From: Nemertoderma westbladi
Taxonomy: Eukaryota; Animalia; Xenacoelomorpha
Direction: 5' to 3'
NCBI GenBank assembly: GCA_032718475.1
Contig: JAUCBJ010008846.1
Coordinates: 1-64,000, forward strand
DNA: 64,000 bases
The notes beneath the pieces are model-generated. The model saw nothing but the letters and a program-made list of their open reading frames with translations, did no database searches and had not been told where the DNA came from. Shown here in pieces: positions 62,901 to 64,000 of the stretch. The number at the start of each line of letters is the position of its first letter. Position 1 is the first letter of the stretch. The translations under genes and the position numbers were made by a program.

Positions 62901-64000
62901 ATCCTTGCCCTGCTCACTCCCATCCTTCACTGTTCCTTCCCTGTGCTGTCCTTGCCCTGCTAACTCCCATCCTTCACTGTTCCGTCCCGGTGCTGTCCTT
63001 GCCCTGCTTACTCCCACCCTTCACTATCCCCTCCTGGTGCTGTCCTTGCCCTGCTCGCTCCCACCCTTCACTATCCCCTCCTGGTGCTGTCCTTGCCCTG
63101 CTCACTCCCATCCTTCACTGTTCCTTCCCTGTGCTGTCCTTGCCCTGCTAACTCCCATCCTTCACTGTTCCGTCCCGGTGCTGTCCTTGCCCTGCTCGCT
63201 CCCACCCTTCACTGTTACTTCCTGGTGCTGTCCTTGCCCTGCTCACTCCCACCCTTCACTGTTCCTTCCTGGTGCTGTCCTTGCCCTGCTTACTCCCACC
63301 CTTCACTGTTCCTTCCTGGTGCGGTCCTTGCCCTGCTCACTCCCATCCTTCACTGTTCCATCCCGGTGCTGTCCTTTCCCTGCTCACTCCCATCCTTCAC
63401 TGTTCCTTCCCTGTGCTGTCCTTGCCCTGCTAACTCCCATCCTTCACTGTTCCGTCCCGGTGCTGTCCTTGCCCTGCTCGCTCCCACCCTTCACTGTTCC
63501 TTCCTGGTGCTGTCCTTGCCCTGCTCACTCCCATCCTTCACTGTTCCTTCCCTGTGCTGTCCTTGCCCTGCTCACTCCCACCCTTCACTGTTCCTTCCTG
63601 GTGCTGTCCTTGCCCTGCTTACTCACACCCTTCACTGTTCCTTCCTGGTGCGGTCCTTGCCCTGCTCACTCCCATCCTTCACTGTTCCGTCCCGGTGCTG
63701 TCCTTGCCCTGCTCGCTCCCACCCTTCACTATCCCCTCCTGGTGCTGTCCTTGCCCTGCTCACTCCCATCCTTCACTGTTCCTTCCCTGTGCTGTCCTTG
63801 CCCTGCTAACTCCCATCCTTCACTGTTCCGTCCCGGTGCTGTCCTTGCCCTGCTCGCTCCCACCCTTCACTGTTCCTTCCTGGTGCTGTCCTTGCCCTGC
63901 TCACTCCCACCCTTCACTGTTCCTTCCTGGTGCTGTCCTTGCCCTGCTTACTCCCACCCTTCACTATCCTCTCCTGGTGCTGTCCTTGCCCTGCTCGCTC
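29937..64000. repeat. 47-bp satellite array, main block (>34 kb, runs off the right edge), with 27-bp deletion monomers and higher-order duplications
   Basis: Continuous head-to-tail monomers in one orientation. The variant CCTGGTGCTGTCCTTGCCCTTTTCCCT (27 bp) recurs. Identical variant strings repeat at offsets such as 4852, 2501, 6274, 4378 and 1633 bp. Confidence 0.99.
55431..55500 (-). mobile_element. 70-bp 3' end of the RTE LINE inserted in the satellite, with 11-bp TSD
   Basis: Reverse complement of about 27049-27102 with an internal duplication of about 17 bp. Flanked by TGCTTACTCCC at 55420-30 and 55501-11. Confidence 0.93.

Noticed and set aside
29947-63809. Many long Cys/Pro/Leu-rich + strand ORFs (also 14756-16566) as real genes
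   Set aside because: They are translations of the 47-bp satellite in all three frames, with frequent frame-breaking variants and no unique sequence.

Overview
Eukaryotic (metazoan) repeat-rich genomic DNA. Three + strand exons of a non-NMDA (kainate/AMPA-like) ionotropic glutamate receptor gene (8873-9098, 12256-12414, 14208-14383) lie among nested repeats. Upstream is a near-identical 2266-bp macrosatellite (at least 3.7 copies). The first intron holds a TA-flanked TIR element with a Polinton-like fragment and an orphan ORF. Downstream is a 47-bp pyrimidine-rich satellite (14783-16490 and about 29937-64000, with kb-scale higher-order duplications). Two different BEL/Pao LTR retrotransposons sit in the satellite on the - strand at almost the same monomer position, and both are 5'-truncated by resumed satellite. 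The first BEL carries extra cargo between integrase and the 3' LTR: an array of about 10 GGTAC-hairpin repeats, then a frameshifted ORF of about 850 aa with a DEDDy (RNase D/WRN/Mut-7-like) 3'-5' exonuclease, a coiled coil and three CCHC zinc knuckles. Four pieces of one RTE-clade LINE family with a (TAG)n tail are present, two with clear target-site duplications. Nearly all ORFs called from 29947 onward are satellite artefacts. All calls were made by eye; no searches were run.
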